A DNA stretch of 64,000 bases, from assembly GCA_018054125.1 (NCBI GenBank), contig JAGPKD010000001.1, forward strand, positions 27,147 to 91,146, written 5' to 3'. Made by a program: the position numbers and the translations under genes. Positions 1 to 10,233 of the stretch are shown in pieces. The stretch is from Candidatus Oleihabitans oleiphilus. GTDB lineage: Bacteria > Atribacterota > Phoenicimicrobiia > Phoenicimicrobiales > Stramentimicrobiaceae. The notes under the pieces were generated by a model. The model was not told the DNA's origin. It worked only from the letters and a program-made list of their open reading frames with translations, and searched no databases. Position 1 is the stretch's first letter; every line of letters begins with the position of its first letter.

Positions 1-915
1 AATTACGGTGTTCCTTTTCCAGTTAGAGAGAACAATCTTCTGAAGTATTTTGAATCAGAGAAAATACAGGTTAAAGCTCTGGTTGTTACAGAATATAGTG
101 AAAATTATTATCATTGGAATGCAGAGCAGTCTCTCTCAGAGTGGCTTAAGGAAAATCAGATACCCGCTCTATCTGGAATAGATACTCGGAAGTTAACTAA
201 AATATTAAGAGAGAAGGGTACCATGTTAGGAAAAATTATTACCCACCTTCCCAACGATGAGGAAAAGATAACAGAATTTCAGGAACCTAATAATATTAAT
301 AATACCAATAATAACAATTTGGTGGCGGAGGAAAGTATTGAAGAGCCGATTGTTTATGAAAAAGGTAAGAAACGAATCATTCTGGTTGATTGTGGAGTTA
401 AAAATAGTATTCTACAAGCATTTCTAAGAAGAGATATTACTGTTATTAGAGTTCCCTGGGATTATGATTTGTTATCTGAAAAAGCAGATGGTATTCTTAT
501 TTCTAATGGTCCTGGTGATCCTGAAAAATGTGAGTTGACCATAAATAATATTAGAAGAGCTATGGCCAAGAATATCCCAATTTTGGGTGTTTGCCTTGGT
601 TGTCAGTTATTAGGTCTGGCTGCTGGGGCAGAGACTTATAAATTAAAATATGGCCATCGAGGTCAGAATCAACCCTGCTTAGAGGTGGGGACCAATCGTT
701 GTTATATTACTTCGCAAAACCATGGCTATAGTATTGATTCAAATACTCTGAAAGAGGATTGGAGGGAATGGTTTTTTAATGTGAATGATCAAACCAATGA
801 AGGGATTATCCATATCTCCAGGCCTTTTTTTGGAGCACAATTTCATCCGGAAGCCTCCCCCGGTCCGGATGATACAGAATTTATCTTTAATATGTTTTTG
901 AGAGTGATATCATGA
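1..915 (+). CDS. carA: carbamoyl-phosphate synthase small (glutamine amidotransferase) subunit, 5'-partial (frame open from base 1)
   Basis: Frame 1 is open from position 1. Translation includes GIDTRKLTKILREKG and the class I GATase motifs GVCLGCQLL and H..E. A 4-bp ATGA overlap with carB is typical of carAB. Confidence 0.9.
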   Translation, partial: NYGVPFPVRENNLLKYFESEKIQVKALVVTEYSENYYHWNAEQSLSEWLKENQIPALSGIDTRKLTKILREKGTMLGKIITHLPNDEEKITEFQEPNNINNTNNNNLVAEESIEEPIVYEKGKKRIILVDCGVKNSILQAFLRRDITVIRVPWDYDLLSEKADGILISNGPGDPEKCELTINNIRRAMAKNIPILGVCLGCQLLGLAAGAETYKLKYGHRGQNQPCLEVGTNRCYITSQNHGYSIDSNTLKEDWREWFFNVNDQTNEGIIHISRPFFGAQFHPEASPGPDDTEFIFNMFLRVIS

Positions 916-3900
916 TTAGAAAAAGAAAGAAGTTTAAAAAAGTCCTGATATTGGGTTCAGGAGCAATAAAGATTGGTGAGGCAGGTGAATTTGATTACTG
1001 TGGAAGTCAGGCTATTAAGGCCTTAAAGGAAGAGAAAATTCAGGTCATCCTGGTTAATCCAAATATTGCTACCGTGCAAACATCAGAGGATATGGCGGAC
1101 AAAGTGTACCTTCTTCCAGTTAATGACTATTTTGTGGAGAAGATAATAGAAAAAGAGAGACCTGATGGAATTCTGTTGGGATTTGGCGGACAAACTGCCT
1201 TAAATGTGGGGATTGAACTATTTAAAAAGGGAATCTTCCAAAAATATGAGGTAAATGTTTTAGGAACTTCGGTAGAGGCAATTAGGGATACCGAGGACCG
1301 TAAATTATTTAGTAAAAGGTTGCAGGAGATTAATCTGGAAATACCGAAAAGTAATGCGGTAACCAGCGTAGAAGAGGCTCTTGATACCGCAAAAGAATTG
1401 GGTTATCCAGTAATGTGTAGAATTGCCTATGCCTTAGGCGGTTTGGGCTCCGGTATTGCTTATAATAGCAGTCAATTAAAGAGTATTGCCGAGAAGGCCT
1501 TTGCCTATACCGAACAGATTTTGATTGAGGAATGTCTTGCTGGCTGGAAGGAAATTGAATACGAGATAGTGCGAGATAGTTATGATAATTGTATTGCAGT
1601 CTGTTCTATGGAAAATGTTGATCCTATGGGCATCCATACCGGGGAGAGCATAGTAGTGGCACCGGTGCAGACTATCAGCGCTTCGGAAAACTTTAAATTA
1701 AGGTCCTATGCCATTAAATTAATCAGGCATTTAGGGATTGTAGGTGAATGTAATATACAATTTGCCCTTGATCCAAATTCTGAAGATTATAGGGTAATTG
1801 AAGTTAATGCCCGTTTAAGCCGAAGTTCAGCCCTGGCCTCCAAAGCAACCGGCTATCCCCTGGCCTTTATAGCAGCCAAACTTGCTTTAGGATATGGACT
1901 TACTGAATTAAAGAATATTATTACCCAGGTTACTTCAGCCTGTTTTGAGCCAGCTTTAGATTATATTGTGCTTAAATATCCCCGTTGGGATTTAGAGAAA
2001 TTTAAAAAAGTAAATACCGATATTGGCTCTGAGATGAAGTCAGTGGGGGAAATTATGGCTATTGGCAGAAGTTTTGAAGAGGTTTTGCAAAAGGCAATTC
2101 GTATGCTGGATATCGGTATGCATGGATTGGTTGGTAATAAAGTAGAATTTGAAGATTTAGAAAAAGAGTTAAAAAGCCCTACTGACAAGAGAATGTTGGC
2201 CATTGCCAGAGCAATTGAAGACGGGTATCCCTTAGCAGAAATTTACCGGCTTTCTGGAGTAAATCCCTGGTTTTTACATAAAATAAAAAACATTATTGCT
2301 ACTAAAGAGAAGTTAGAACAACTTTCCTGTTCAGAATTATCTCCCTCTTTATTGCAAGAGGCTAAAAAACAGGGATTTTCTGACTATCAGATTGCTTTAT
2401 TAACAGGTAGTGATGAGTTAACGATAAGAAAGAAAAGGAAAGAATCAGGAATAATACCTTATGTAAAACAGATAGATACCTTAGCTGCTGAATATCCAGC
2501 AAAGACTAATTATCTCTATCTTACTTATCATGGCCAGGAAGATGATCTGACCTTTCATGAGAAAAATCAGGTGATTGTTCTGGGAGGAGGGCCTTATCGG
2601 GTTGGTTCATCGGTAGAATTTGATTGGTGCTGTGTTAATGCCGTAAAAACTTTGAAGAAATTAAACTATTCTACCATTATGATTAATTACAATCCAGAAA
2701 CAGTAAGCACCGATTATGATATCTGCGATAAACTCTATTTCGAGGAACTTACCCTGGAAAGAATATTGGATATCTATGAAAAGGAAAGACCTTTAGGAAT
2801 TATTATTTCAATGGGAGGTCAAATTCCCAACAATTTAGCCTTGAGATTCAGCCAGACCAATATTAAAGTGTTGGGGACAGCTCCCTTAAATATTGATACC
2901 GCTGAAGATCGCCATAAATTTTCCTCTTTACTGGATAAGCTACAGATTGACCAGCCGGCCTGGGAGGAATTGACCAGCATTGAGGAAGCGGAAAAATTTG
3001 CCGAACAAGTGGGATATCCTGTGCTAATTCGTCCCAGTTATATTCTTAGTGGGGCAGCCATGAGTATTGCTTTAAATAAAAGAGAATTAACTAAGTATCT
3101 TAAAAAGGCTTCCAATGTCAGTAAGGATTATCCAGTAGTAGTTAGCAAGTTTATTGTGAACGGAAAAGAAATTGAAGTAGATGCGGTAGCTAAGAATGGG
3201 AAACTAATCTGTTATGCCATTTCCGAACATATTGAAAATGCTGGAGTTCATTCTGGAGATGCGACTATTGTTTTACCACCACAAAGGACTTATCTGGAAA
3301 CTCTGCGTAAAATCAAAATAGTTACCAGAAAAATAGCCCAGTCGCTACAGATTAGTGGACCATTTAATATTCAATTTATTGCTAAGGATAACAAGATTAA
3401 GGTCATTGAGTGTAACTTGAGGTCTTCTCGAAGTTTTCCTTTTGTTTCTAAAGTGGTTAAATTGAATTTTATTGACCTGGCCACTCGAATTATTATGGGG
3501 GAAGAAGTACTGGAGAATAATTATTCCTTCTTTGATTTAGATTTTGTGGGAGTAAAGGCACCTCAGTTTTCTTTCTCCAGATTAAAAGGTTCTGACCCGG
3601 TACTGGGAGTGGAGATGGTATCTACCGGAGAGGTGGCCTGTTTAGGAGATGATTTTAATGAGGCCTTTCTGAAGAGTCTTATTTCCGTTGGATTTAGGTT
3701 GCCTAAAAAGAATATCTTGTTATCTACTGGTCCTCTGGAAAGTAAGGTTGAATTTTTAGAAAGCACCAGAATATTAAAACAGATGAATTATAAATTTTAT
3801 GCTACCAGAGGGACCGCCAATTTCATGAAGGAAAATGGTATAGAGGCGGAAGTGCTTTATTGGCCTTCCGAAGAGCAAGAACCAAATGTGATTACCTATC

Positions 3901-4112
3901 TTGTTAATAGAAAGATTGATTTGGTTATAAATATACCCAAAAATACCGAAACGTTGGAATTGGATAACGATTATATTATCAGAAGGAAGGCTGTTGACTT
4001 TAATATTCCTTTAATTACTAATATTACCTTTGCCAAAAGATTTGTGGAAGCCTTAAGAGAGGTTAAACTGGAAGATTTGAAAGTGGAAAGTTGGGACTAT
4101 TATAAAGTATAA
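912..4112 (+). CDS. carB: carbamoyl-phosphate synthase large subunit (1066 aa, two ATP-grasp halves plus MGS-like domain)
   Basis: Length and the duplicated ATP-grasp motifs (LILGSGAIKIGEAGEFDY; VIVLGGGPYRVGSSVEFDWC) match CarB. It lies directly downstream of carA. Confidence 0.95.
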   Translation: MIRKRKKFKKVLILGSGAIKIGEAGEFDYCGSQAIKALKEEKIQVILVNPNIATVQTSEDMADKVYLLPVNDYFVEKIIEKERPDGILLGFGGQTALNVGIELFKKGIFQKYEVNVLGTSVEAIRDTEDRKLFSKRLQEINLEIPKSNAVTSVEEALDTAKELGYPVMCRIAYALGGLGSGIAYNSSQLKSIAEKAFAYTEQILIEECLAGWKEIEYEIVRDSYDNCIAVCSMENVDPMGIHTGESIVVAPVQTISASENFKLRSYAIKLIRHLGIVGECNIQFALDPNSEDYRVIEVNARLSRSSALASKATGYPLAFIAAKLALGYGLTELKNIITQVTSACFEPALDYIVLKYPRWDLEKFKKVNTDIGSEMKSVGEIMAIGRSFEEVLQKAIRMLDIGMHGLVGNKVEFEDLEKELKSPTDKRMLAIARAIEDGYPLAEIYRLSGVNPWFLHKIKNIIATKEKLEQLSCSELSPSLLQEAKKQGFSDYQIALLTGSDELTIRKKRKESGIIPYVKQIDTLAAEYPAKTNYLYLTYHGQEDDLTFHEKNQVIVLGGGPYRVGSSVEFDWCCVNAVKTLKKLNYSTIMINYNPETVSTDYDICDKLYFEELTLERILDIYEKERPLGIIISMGGQIPNNLALRFSQTNIKVLGTAPLNIDTAEDRHKFSSLLDKLQIDQPAWEELTSIEEAEKFAEQVGYPVLIRPSYILSGAAMSIALNKRELTKYLKKASNVSKDYPVVVSKFIVNGKEIEVDAVAKNGKLICYAISEHIENAGVHSGDATIVLPPQRTYLETLRKIKIVTRKIAQSLQISGPFNIQFIAKDNKIKVIECNLRSSRSFPFVSKVVKLNFIDLATRIIMGEEVLENNYSFFDLDFVGVKAPQFSFSRLKGSDPVLGVEMVSTGEVACLGDDFNEAFLKSLISVGFRLPKKNILLSTGPLESKVEFLESTRILKQMNYKFYATRGTANFMKENGIEAEVLYWPSEEQEPNVITYLVNRKIDLVINIPKNTETLELDNDYIIRRKAVDFNIPLITNITFAKRFVEALREVKLEDLKVESWDYYKV

Positions 4113-4207
4113 AAAGTTATTCTGGTTAGCAGGTCAGGGGTAATAGAAAGTTAATTTTTAAAATGCTTTAATGATTTAAAGATTATTAAAAAGAGAGGGG
4201 TAAAGAG

Positions 4208-5311
4208 ATGGAGAAAATAAGAGTTAGTATTGTTGGGGCAACTGGTTATTCAGGGAAAGAACTAATTAGAATATTGTTAAAACATCCTCAGGTGGAACTA
4301 ACCCATTTAGTCTCAGCCAGCTATGTTGGTCAGAATATTGCTGCAATTTTCCCGGAGTTTAAAAATCAATTAGATAAAGAGCTTATATCCCTTGATTTAG
4401 AGCTAATAACGAATGATTCAGAGTTGATATTTACGGCCTTACCTCATACTGTTTCCCTCGAGGTTGTCCCTGATTTGTTAGCCCGGAAAAAGAGAAGAGT
4501 AATTGATCTAAGCGCCGATTTTAGACTTAGGAGTGCCGATAATTATACTTGTTGGTATCAAAAGGAACATACTGAAAAAAGTAGAATACTGTTAAAAGAG
4601 GCAGTTTATGGTCTGCCAGAGTTATACAAAAAAGAGATAAAAAATGCCTCTTTAGTAGCTAATCCAGGATGCTATCCTACCAGTGTCCTATTGGGGATTG
4701 CTCCCTTGTTAGCCTATCATCTGGTAGAAGCAAAGGATATTATTATTGATTCCAAATCAGGTACCAGTGGTGCCGGCCGAAAACTATCTTTAGACCTTCA
4801 TTTTACAGAATGTCATGACAACTTTAAAGCCTATAAATGTCTGAAACACAATCATATCCCGGAAATGGAACAGGAGTTATCCTTCTTCTATAATCTATAT
4901 AATAGAAGTGACAGCAGTGACCGAAATGATAGCCATAGAGACCTTAAACCAGGTAAATATGAAGAAATTAAAATTTCCTTTACTCCCCATCTACTGCCTT
5001 TAAGCAGGGGAATTTTATCTACCTGTTATCTAACTTTGATTGATAATTATGAGGAGGATAAAATTGTAGAGTTGTATCACCAATTTTACCAGGAGGCCCC
5101 TTTTATTAGAATATTTAATCCACCTGCTCTACCAGAGATACGCTTTGTCTCTCAAACAAATTATTGTGATATTGGTTTTGCGATAGATAGGCGAGTAGGT
5201 AAAATAAAGATAATTTCTGTTCTGGATAATTTAACTAAAGGAGCAGCAGGACAAGCGGTGCAGAATATGAATATCATGTTTAATTTCCCGGAAGAGTTGG
5301 GTCTCATTTAA
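4208..5311 (+). CDS. argC: N-acetyl-gamma-glutamyl-phosphate reductase
   Basis: Starts with an N-terminal Rossmann fold (VSIVGATGYSGKELIRIL) and contains the catalytic-Cys region (ANPGCYPT). A ~25-aa Ser/Asp-rich insertion is present. Context is the arg operon. Confidence 0.9.
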   Translation: MEKIRVSIVGATGYSGKELIRILLKHPQVELTHLVSASYVGQNIAAIFPEFKNQLDKELISLDLELITNDSELIFTALPHTVSLEVVPDLLARKKRRVIDLSADFRLRSADNYTCWYQKEHTEKSRILLKEAVYGLPELYKKEIKNASLVANPGCYPTSVLLGIAPLLAYHLVEAKDIIIDSKSGTSGAGRKLSLDLHFTECHDNFKAYKCLKHNHIPEMEQELSFFYNLYNRSDSSDRNDSHRDLKPGKYEEIKISFTPHLLPLSRGILSTCYLTLIDNYEEDKIVELYHQFYQEAPFIRIFNPPALPEIRFVSQTNYCDIGFAIDRRVGKIKIISVLDNLTKGAAGQAVQNMNIMFNFPEELGLI

Positions 5312-5393
5312 TAAATGGGGGAAAATATATTAAAATATTTTAGCCATTATGGCAAGATTAATTTAAATTAAGACCAGGAAAGGAGTCATTGAA

Positions 5394-6626
5394 ATGGCCA
5401 ATTCTTTTCATACCACTAATCTTAAAATAGGGGAGGGAGAAGGTATAACTTATCCTGAGGGATTTACCGCTTCGGGATTAAATTGTGGCATTAGGCCAAA
5501 GAGAAAAGACCTGGCTTTAATTTATTCCCAAGAAATTGCCAATGCCTGCGGAGTATATACCCAAAATCAATTTAAGGCAGCTCCCTTATGGGTAACTGAA
5601 GAAAACCTGACCCGTTCCCAGGGAAAACTACAGGCTATTTTGATAAATAGTGGTATTGCCAATGCCTGTACTGGAGAGAGAGGACTACAGGAGGCCTGGG
5701 AGACAGTTAACTATGTAGCTGAAGGTCTACAAATTGATAAAGAATATATAGCCGTAGCCTCTACCGGCAAAATTGGAGAATTTCTTCCCCTGGAGAAAAT
5801 AGAAAAAGGAGTTAAAGAAGCAGTAACTAAATTAAGTAAGGCTGGGGGGACTGAGGCAGCTGAAGCAATATTAACTACAGATACCAGAAAGAAGGAAATA
5901 GCGGTGAGCTTCGATTTAAATGGCCAGGAGATTAGAATAGGAGGTATGGCTAAAGGTTCTGGCATGATTCAACCCAATATGGCTACTATGCTGGGTTTTA
6001 TTACTACCGATTTAGCTATTAAAAGTGCTCTTTTAAAAGAGGCGTTGCAGGAGGTTATTGGCAAGACCTTTAATATGATTAGTGTTGATGGTGATACCAG
6101 TACTAACGATATGGTTTTGCTCTTAGCTAATGGCTTAGCTAAAAATCCATTAATTACCGAAAAAGACGAAGATTATATCAAATTCAGAGAGGCACTCTAC
6201 CTGGTGGCGGAATATCTGGCTAAGGCTATTGTTAGTGATGGAGAGGGAGCCACTAAGCTCATTGAGGTGGAGGTACAACATGCTCAGTCTGATAATGATG
6301 CAGTGAAAGCAGCTAAAGCGGTTATAAATTCACTTCTGGTAAAGACGGCCATCTTCGGACAGGATCCTAATTGGGGCAGAATTCTGGCCGCAGTTGGTTA
6401 CTCGGGAGCCCGGATAGAGGCCCAAAAAGTAGACCTTTATTTAAAAGAAAAAATTGTCTCTGATGGTCAGCCTCTTCCCTTTTCCCGAGAAAGGGTAAGA
6501 GATTATCTGAAAAATTCTAAAGAGATTAAGATAATTATTGATTTAAAGATTGGTAAGGGTCAGGCCAGGGCCTGGGGATGCGACCTGACTTATGAATATG
6601 TAAAGATTAATACCAAATATAGTTAA
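5394..6626 (+). CDS. argJ: bifunctional ornithine acetyltransferase / glutamate N-acetyltransferase
   Basis: Contains the ArgJ self-cleavage region (ATMLGFITTD) and is 410 aa long. Context is the arg operon. Confidence 0.9.
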   Translation: MANSFHTTNLKIGEGEGITYPEGFTASGLNCGIRPKRKDLALIYSQEIANACGVYTQNQFKAAPLWVTEENLTRSQGKLQAILINSGIANACTGERGLQEAWETVNYVAEGLQIDKEYIAVASTGKIGEFLPLEKIEKGVKEAVTKLSKAGGTEAAEAILTTDTRKKEIAVSFDLNGQEIRIGGMAKGSGMIQPNMATMLGFITTDLAIKSALLKEALQEVIGKTFNMISVDGDTSTNDMVLLLANGLAKNPLITEKDEDYIKFREALYLVAEYLAKAIVSDGEGATKLIEVEVQHAQSDNDAVKAAKAVINSLLVKTAIFGQDPNWGRILAAVGYSGARIEAQKVDLYLKEKIVSDGQPLPFSRERVRDYLKNSKEIKIIIDLKIGKGQARAWGCDLTYEYVKINTKYS

Positions 6627-6635
6627 ATATATATT

Positions 6636-6671
6636 AGTATCGAAATTTTTCTTTTTTAAAATCTCGATACT
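6636..6671. repeat. family D-like palindrome just after the argJ stop
   Basis: agtatcgaaatttttcttttttaaaatctcgatact. Confidence 0.6.
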
Positions 6672-6698
6672 GAAATATAATTTATATCCAAATCTATT

Positions 6699-6728
6699 TC
6701 TGAAAACTGAAAACTAACGACTGAAAAC
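6699..6728 (+). repeat. family E direct repeats (ctgaaaac x3) between argJ and argB
   Basis: tctgaaaactgaaaactaacgactgaaaac. Similar arrays occur at 12975-13002, 28630-28656 and 40762-40795. Confidence 0.6.
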
Positions 6729-6768
6729 TTTTTAGTTGTGCATTACCATAGTTATTAAGGAGGGGGAT

Positions 6769-7668
6769 ATGTTAAAAAATGGAGCTTTACGGGCGGAAGT
6801 TTTGGTGGAAGCATTGCCCTATATCAAGAAGTTCTGGAATAAGATAGTAGTAATCAAATATGGCGGTAGTGCCATGGAAGATAGACAATTAGAAAAACAA
6901 ATTATAAAAGATATAATTTTACTGCGCTACATAGGGATGAGACCGGTTATTGTTCATGGTGGAGGACCTGAAATTTCCCAAGAAATGAAAAAACAGAATA
7001 AAATTCCGCAATTTATTAATGGACTGAGAGTAACTGATCGTGACACCATGGAGATTACCGAGATGGTGTTAACCGGTAAGATTAATACTCGTTTGGTGGC
7101 TGAGATTAATTTATGTATCACAGAAGACCAGGGAAATGGAATAAAGGGTATTGGGTTAAGCGGAGAAGATGCCCAGCTGATTATGGTAAAAAAGTATGAT
7201 ACCTTAGATTTAGGATTTGTTGGTGAGATTGAAAAAATTAATCCAGAAATATTATTTTTACTTTTAGAAAGAGATTATATTCCGGTTATTGCTACTATTG
7301 GAGTTGATACCAATGGCGAGAGGTTTAATATTAATGCCGATACCGTAGCAGGGGAGTTGGCAATTGCCTTAAAGGCAGAAAAACTAATTTACTTAACCGA
7401 TGTAGATGGAATATTAAGGGAAATAGAAGATGCTAATTCTCTAATCAGCAGTATAAATAGTGAAGAAGCGCACTTATTACTGGAGGCAGGTCAAATCCAG
7501 AAAGGTATGATTCCCAAGGTAAAATCAGCTCTAAAGGCATTAGCAGGAGGAGTGAAGAAGGTTCATTTTCTTAATGGTAAACATACCCACTCTATCTTGT
7601 TAGAGTTATTTACTGATAAGGGAATTGGTACTGAATTTGTATCTGATGACCAGCGCAGTAAATTATAA
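6769..7668 (+). CDS. argB: acetylglutamate kinase (the tracked ORF starts at 6736; the ATG at 6769 sits behind an aaggaggggg RBS)
   Basis: Amino-acid kinase family motifs (VIKYGGSAMED, VHGGGPEI). An RBS is correctly spaced before the ATG at 6769. Confidence 0.85.
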   Translation: MLKNGALRAEVLVEALPYIKKFWNKIVVIKYGGSAMEDRQLEKQIIKDIILLRYIGMRPVIVHGGGPEISQEMKKQNKIPQFINGLRVTDRDTMEITEMVLTGKINTRLVAEINLCITEDQGNGIKGIGLSGEDAQLIMVKKYDTLDLGFVGEIEKINPEILFLLLERDYIPVIATIGVDTNGERFNINADTVAGELAIALKAEKLIYLTDVDGILREIEDANSLISSINSEEAHLLLEAGQIQKGMIPKVKSALKALAGGVKKVHFLNGKHTHSILLELFTDKGIGTEFVSDDQRSKL

Positions 7669-7691
7669 ATATTCAAATAAGGAGGAGCTAA

Positions 7692-8885
7692 ATGAAGACT
7701 CATGAGTTGATTGAAGATGAGAAAAAGTATTTAATCCAGACCTACCAGCGGCCGCCAATGATAATAGATCGGGGTGAAGGGATAAAAGTTTGGGATTTAG
7801 AGGGGAGAGAGTATTATGATTTTATTGGAGGTATTGCCGTAAATAGTCTTGGTTATAGTCATCCGAAAATTGTGGAGGCTATTGGTCAGCAGGCTGCTAA
7901 ACTCATTCATTGTTCCAATCTTTTTTATAATGTCCCTCAAATCAGGTTAGCTAAGGAGCTGGTCAAAATATCCGACGGGGATAGAGCCTTTTTTGCCAAC
8001 AGTGGAGCAGAGGTAAACGAGGCAGCATTAAAGCTGTTGGTAAAGTATTTTAAAGAACAAAATAAAGAAAAATACAAGGTAATTTATATGAAAAATTCCT
8101 TTCACGGTAGAACCATTGCTACCCTGGCTGCTACCGGGAAATACAAGTATCAGAAAGATTATCTCCATCTTTTGCCGGCTTTTAAACAGGCCTATTTTAA
8201 TGATTTAGCTTCGGTAGAGGAAGCCTATGAGGAAGAAGTTGCGGCAGTAATAGTAGAACCGGTACAGGGAGAAGGTGGAATTCATATTGCTACTACCGAT
8301 TTTATAGAGGGGTTAAGAAAGTTTTGTGATGAAAAAAACCTGCTTTTAATCTTTGATGAGATTCAGTGTGGCCTGGGTAGAACGGGCAAGATGTTTGCCT
8401 ATCAACATTATAAGGTAAAACCTGATATTATGACTCTTGCTAAACCATTAGGGGGAGGATTACCTCTGGGGGCCTTAATTGCCAAGGAAGAGGTAGCCTC
8501 AGTGTTTAAACCTGGTGACCATGGTACCACTTTTGGAGGAAATCCGGTGGCCTGTGCGGCGGCCCTGGCTTTTTTAGAAGTATTACAGAAGGATAATCTG
8601 GTGGCAGAATGTGCGCGAAAGGGTGACTATTTCCGGGAGAAATTAGAGACGCTAAGATTAAAATACCCGAATTTAATCAGTGAAGTGAGGGTAATTGGGC
8701 TGATGGTCGGTTTAGAAGTGGTAAAAGATGGTCCAAAGATAGTTCAGAAGATGCTTGAAGAGGGTATCCTGATTAACTGCACTGCCGAAAACGTGCTTCG
8801 CTTTTTGCCTCCCTTGATTGTAAAAGAACAAGAGATTGATTTATTCATATCTTGCCTGGATAAAGTAATGACAGAAATAAAGTAA
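7692..8885 (+). CDS. argD: acetylornithine aminotransferase (class III PLP aminotransferase)
   Basis: Class III aminotransferase motifs (LIFDEIQCGLGRTGK, DIMTLAKPLGGG). Context is the arg operon. Confidence 0.85.
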   Translation: MKTHELIEDEKKYLIQTYQRPPMIIDRGEGIKVWDLEGREYYDFIGGIAVNSLGYSHPKIVEAIGQQAAKLIHCSNLFYNVPQIRLAKELVKISDGDRAFFANSGAEVNEAALKLLVKYFKEQNKEKYKVIYMKNSFHGRTIATLAATGKYKYQKDYLHLLPAFKQAYFNDLASVEEAYEEEVAAVIVEPVQGEGGIHIATTDFIEGLRKFCDEKNLLLIFDEIQCGLGRTGKMFAYQHYKVKPDIMTLAKPLGGGLPLGALIAKEEVASVFKPGDHGTTFGGNPVACAAALAFLEVLQKDNLVAECARKGDYFREKLETLRLKYPNLISEVRVIGLMVGLEVVKDGPKIVQKMLEEGILINCTAENVLRFLPPLIVKEQEIDLFISCLDKVMTEIK

Positions 8886-9000
8886 AGGGAGAGGAAAATA
8901 GGCTGGGATTTTTGTGAATTATAGTAGGCTAGAAATAATAAAATAAATCAAAAATAGAAAAATTTATTTATCAAGTAACAAGGTAATAAGGAGAGAAAAT

Positions 9001-10206
9001 ATGGCCAAAATTAAAAAGATAGTATTAGCTTATTCAGGAGGTTTGGATACCTCCATTGCCATAAAATGGTTAAAAGAGAACTATTGTGAAGAAGTAGTGG
9101 CAGTAACTATTGATGTGGGGCAAGAAAGTAATCTGGAATTTGTAAAAGAGAAAGCCTTAAAAATTGGGGCAAGTAAATCCTATATTGTGGATGCCAGAGA
9201 AGAGTTTGCTCGTGAATATGTCTTACCAGGCTTGCAAGCTGGGGCAGTATATGAAGGGCATTACCCACTGGCGACGGCCTATTCCCGCCCGTTAATAACT
9301 AAGATTCTGGTTGATTTGGCAGCAAAAGAAGAAGCCCAGGCTATAGCTCATGGTAGCACTGGTAAGGGTAATGACCAGGTGCGATTTGAGGTATCAACTG
9401 CTGCTTTAAATCCGGAACTGGAGGTTATTGCCCCGGCCAGAGAATGGGGATTTACCAGAGAAGAGGAAATCCAGTATGCCAGGCGATATGGTATTCCCAT
9501 TCCCGTTGACACTGGTAGCCCTTACAGTATTGACCAGAATCTATGGGGTAGGTCCTGTGAATGTGGAGTGCTGGAAGACCCCTGGGTGGAGCCGCCGGAA
9601 GAGGTATATGAATGGACTGTAAAACCAGAAGAGGCCCCTGCTAAACCTGCTTATCTGGAGATATATTTTGAAAAAGGAGTTCCTTTAAGGATTAATGGTG
9701 AGCAAAAATCACTGGCTACTCTTATCTCCCAATTGAATAGGATAGGTGGAGAAAACGGGGTTGGCCGGGTGGATATGGTGGAAAACAGACTTATTGGTAT
9801 CAAATCCAGAGAAATATATGAATGTCCAGGAGCAGCTATACTTTTGACCGCTTATCAGGATTTGGAAAGCCTGGTCTTACCTGGTGATTTACTCCATTTT
9901 AAGCAAATAATTTCCCAAAAATATGCCGAATTAACTTATAATGGTTTGTGGTTTTCCCCTTTGAAAGAGTCATTAGATGGATTTGTTGGGGTTACTAAAG
10001 AAAGAGTGAGTGGTTTAGTGAGAATAAAATTAATTAAGGGGCAATGTTTGGTGGTAGGGAGAAAATCAGAGAATTCCCTCTACGATTTTAAGCTGGCTAC
10101 CTATGAGGAAGGGGATACTTTTAATCAGGGCTATGCCCCCGGATTTATCAAACTGTGGGGTTTACCGAGTAAGGTCTATGCCTCAGTCAGCAGGAAAAGT
10201 AAATAA
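9001..10206 (+). CDS. argG: argininosuccinate synthase
   Basis: PP-loop (AYSGGLDTS) and overall ArgG architecture, 401 aa. Confidence 0.9.
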   Translation: MAKIKKIVLAYSGGLDTSIAIKWLKENYCEEVVAVTIDVGQESNLEFVKEKALKIGASKSYIVDAREEFAREYVLPGLQAGAVYEGHYPLATAYSRPLITKILVDLAAKEEAQAIAHGSTGKGNDQVRFEVSTAALNPELEVIAPAREWGFTREEEIQYARRYGIPIPVDTGSPYSIDQNLWGRSCECGVLEDPWVEPPEEVYEWTVKPEEAPAKPAYLEIYFEKGVPLRINGEQKSLATLISQLNRIGGENGVGRVDMVENRLIGIKSREIYECPGAAILLTAYQDLESLVLPGDLLHFKQIISQKYAELTYNGLWFSPLKESLDGFVGVTKERVSGLVRIKLIKGQCLVVGRKSENSLYDFKLATYEEGDTFNQGYAPGFIKLWGLPSKVYASVSRKSK

Positions 10207-10233
10207 AAAAGCGGAAATAAAAAAGGATTAGAA

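Noticed and set aside
1961-2203. Antisense ORFs inside carB (also 3563..3766), and similar minus or plus strand ORFs within argJ (5711..5965), argG (9428..9622), ATPase (13982..14170, 15008..15290), helicases (18170..18937, 41083..41549, 42265..44156), aminotransferase (22686..23093), symporter (23857..24396), ZIP (31873..32061), GGDEF/HD-GYP genes (33274..33486, 35329..35520, 36606..37125, 37842..38057) and others
   Set aside because: They are entirely embedded in, and antisense or out-of-frame to, strongly supported conserved genes. They lack RBSs and have low-complexity composition typical of AT-rich spurious ORFs.
6699-6728. ArgR/AhrC ARG boxes upstream of argB
   Set aside because: The direct ctgaaaac repeats do not resemble the palindromic ARG box (TNTGAATWWWWATTCANW). 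The same array occurs at unrelated loci.
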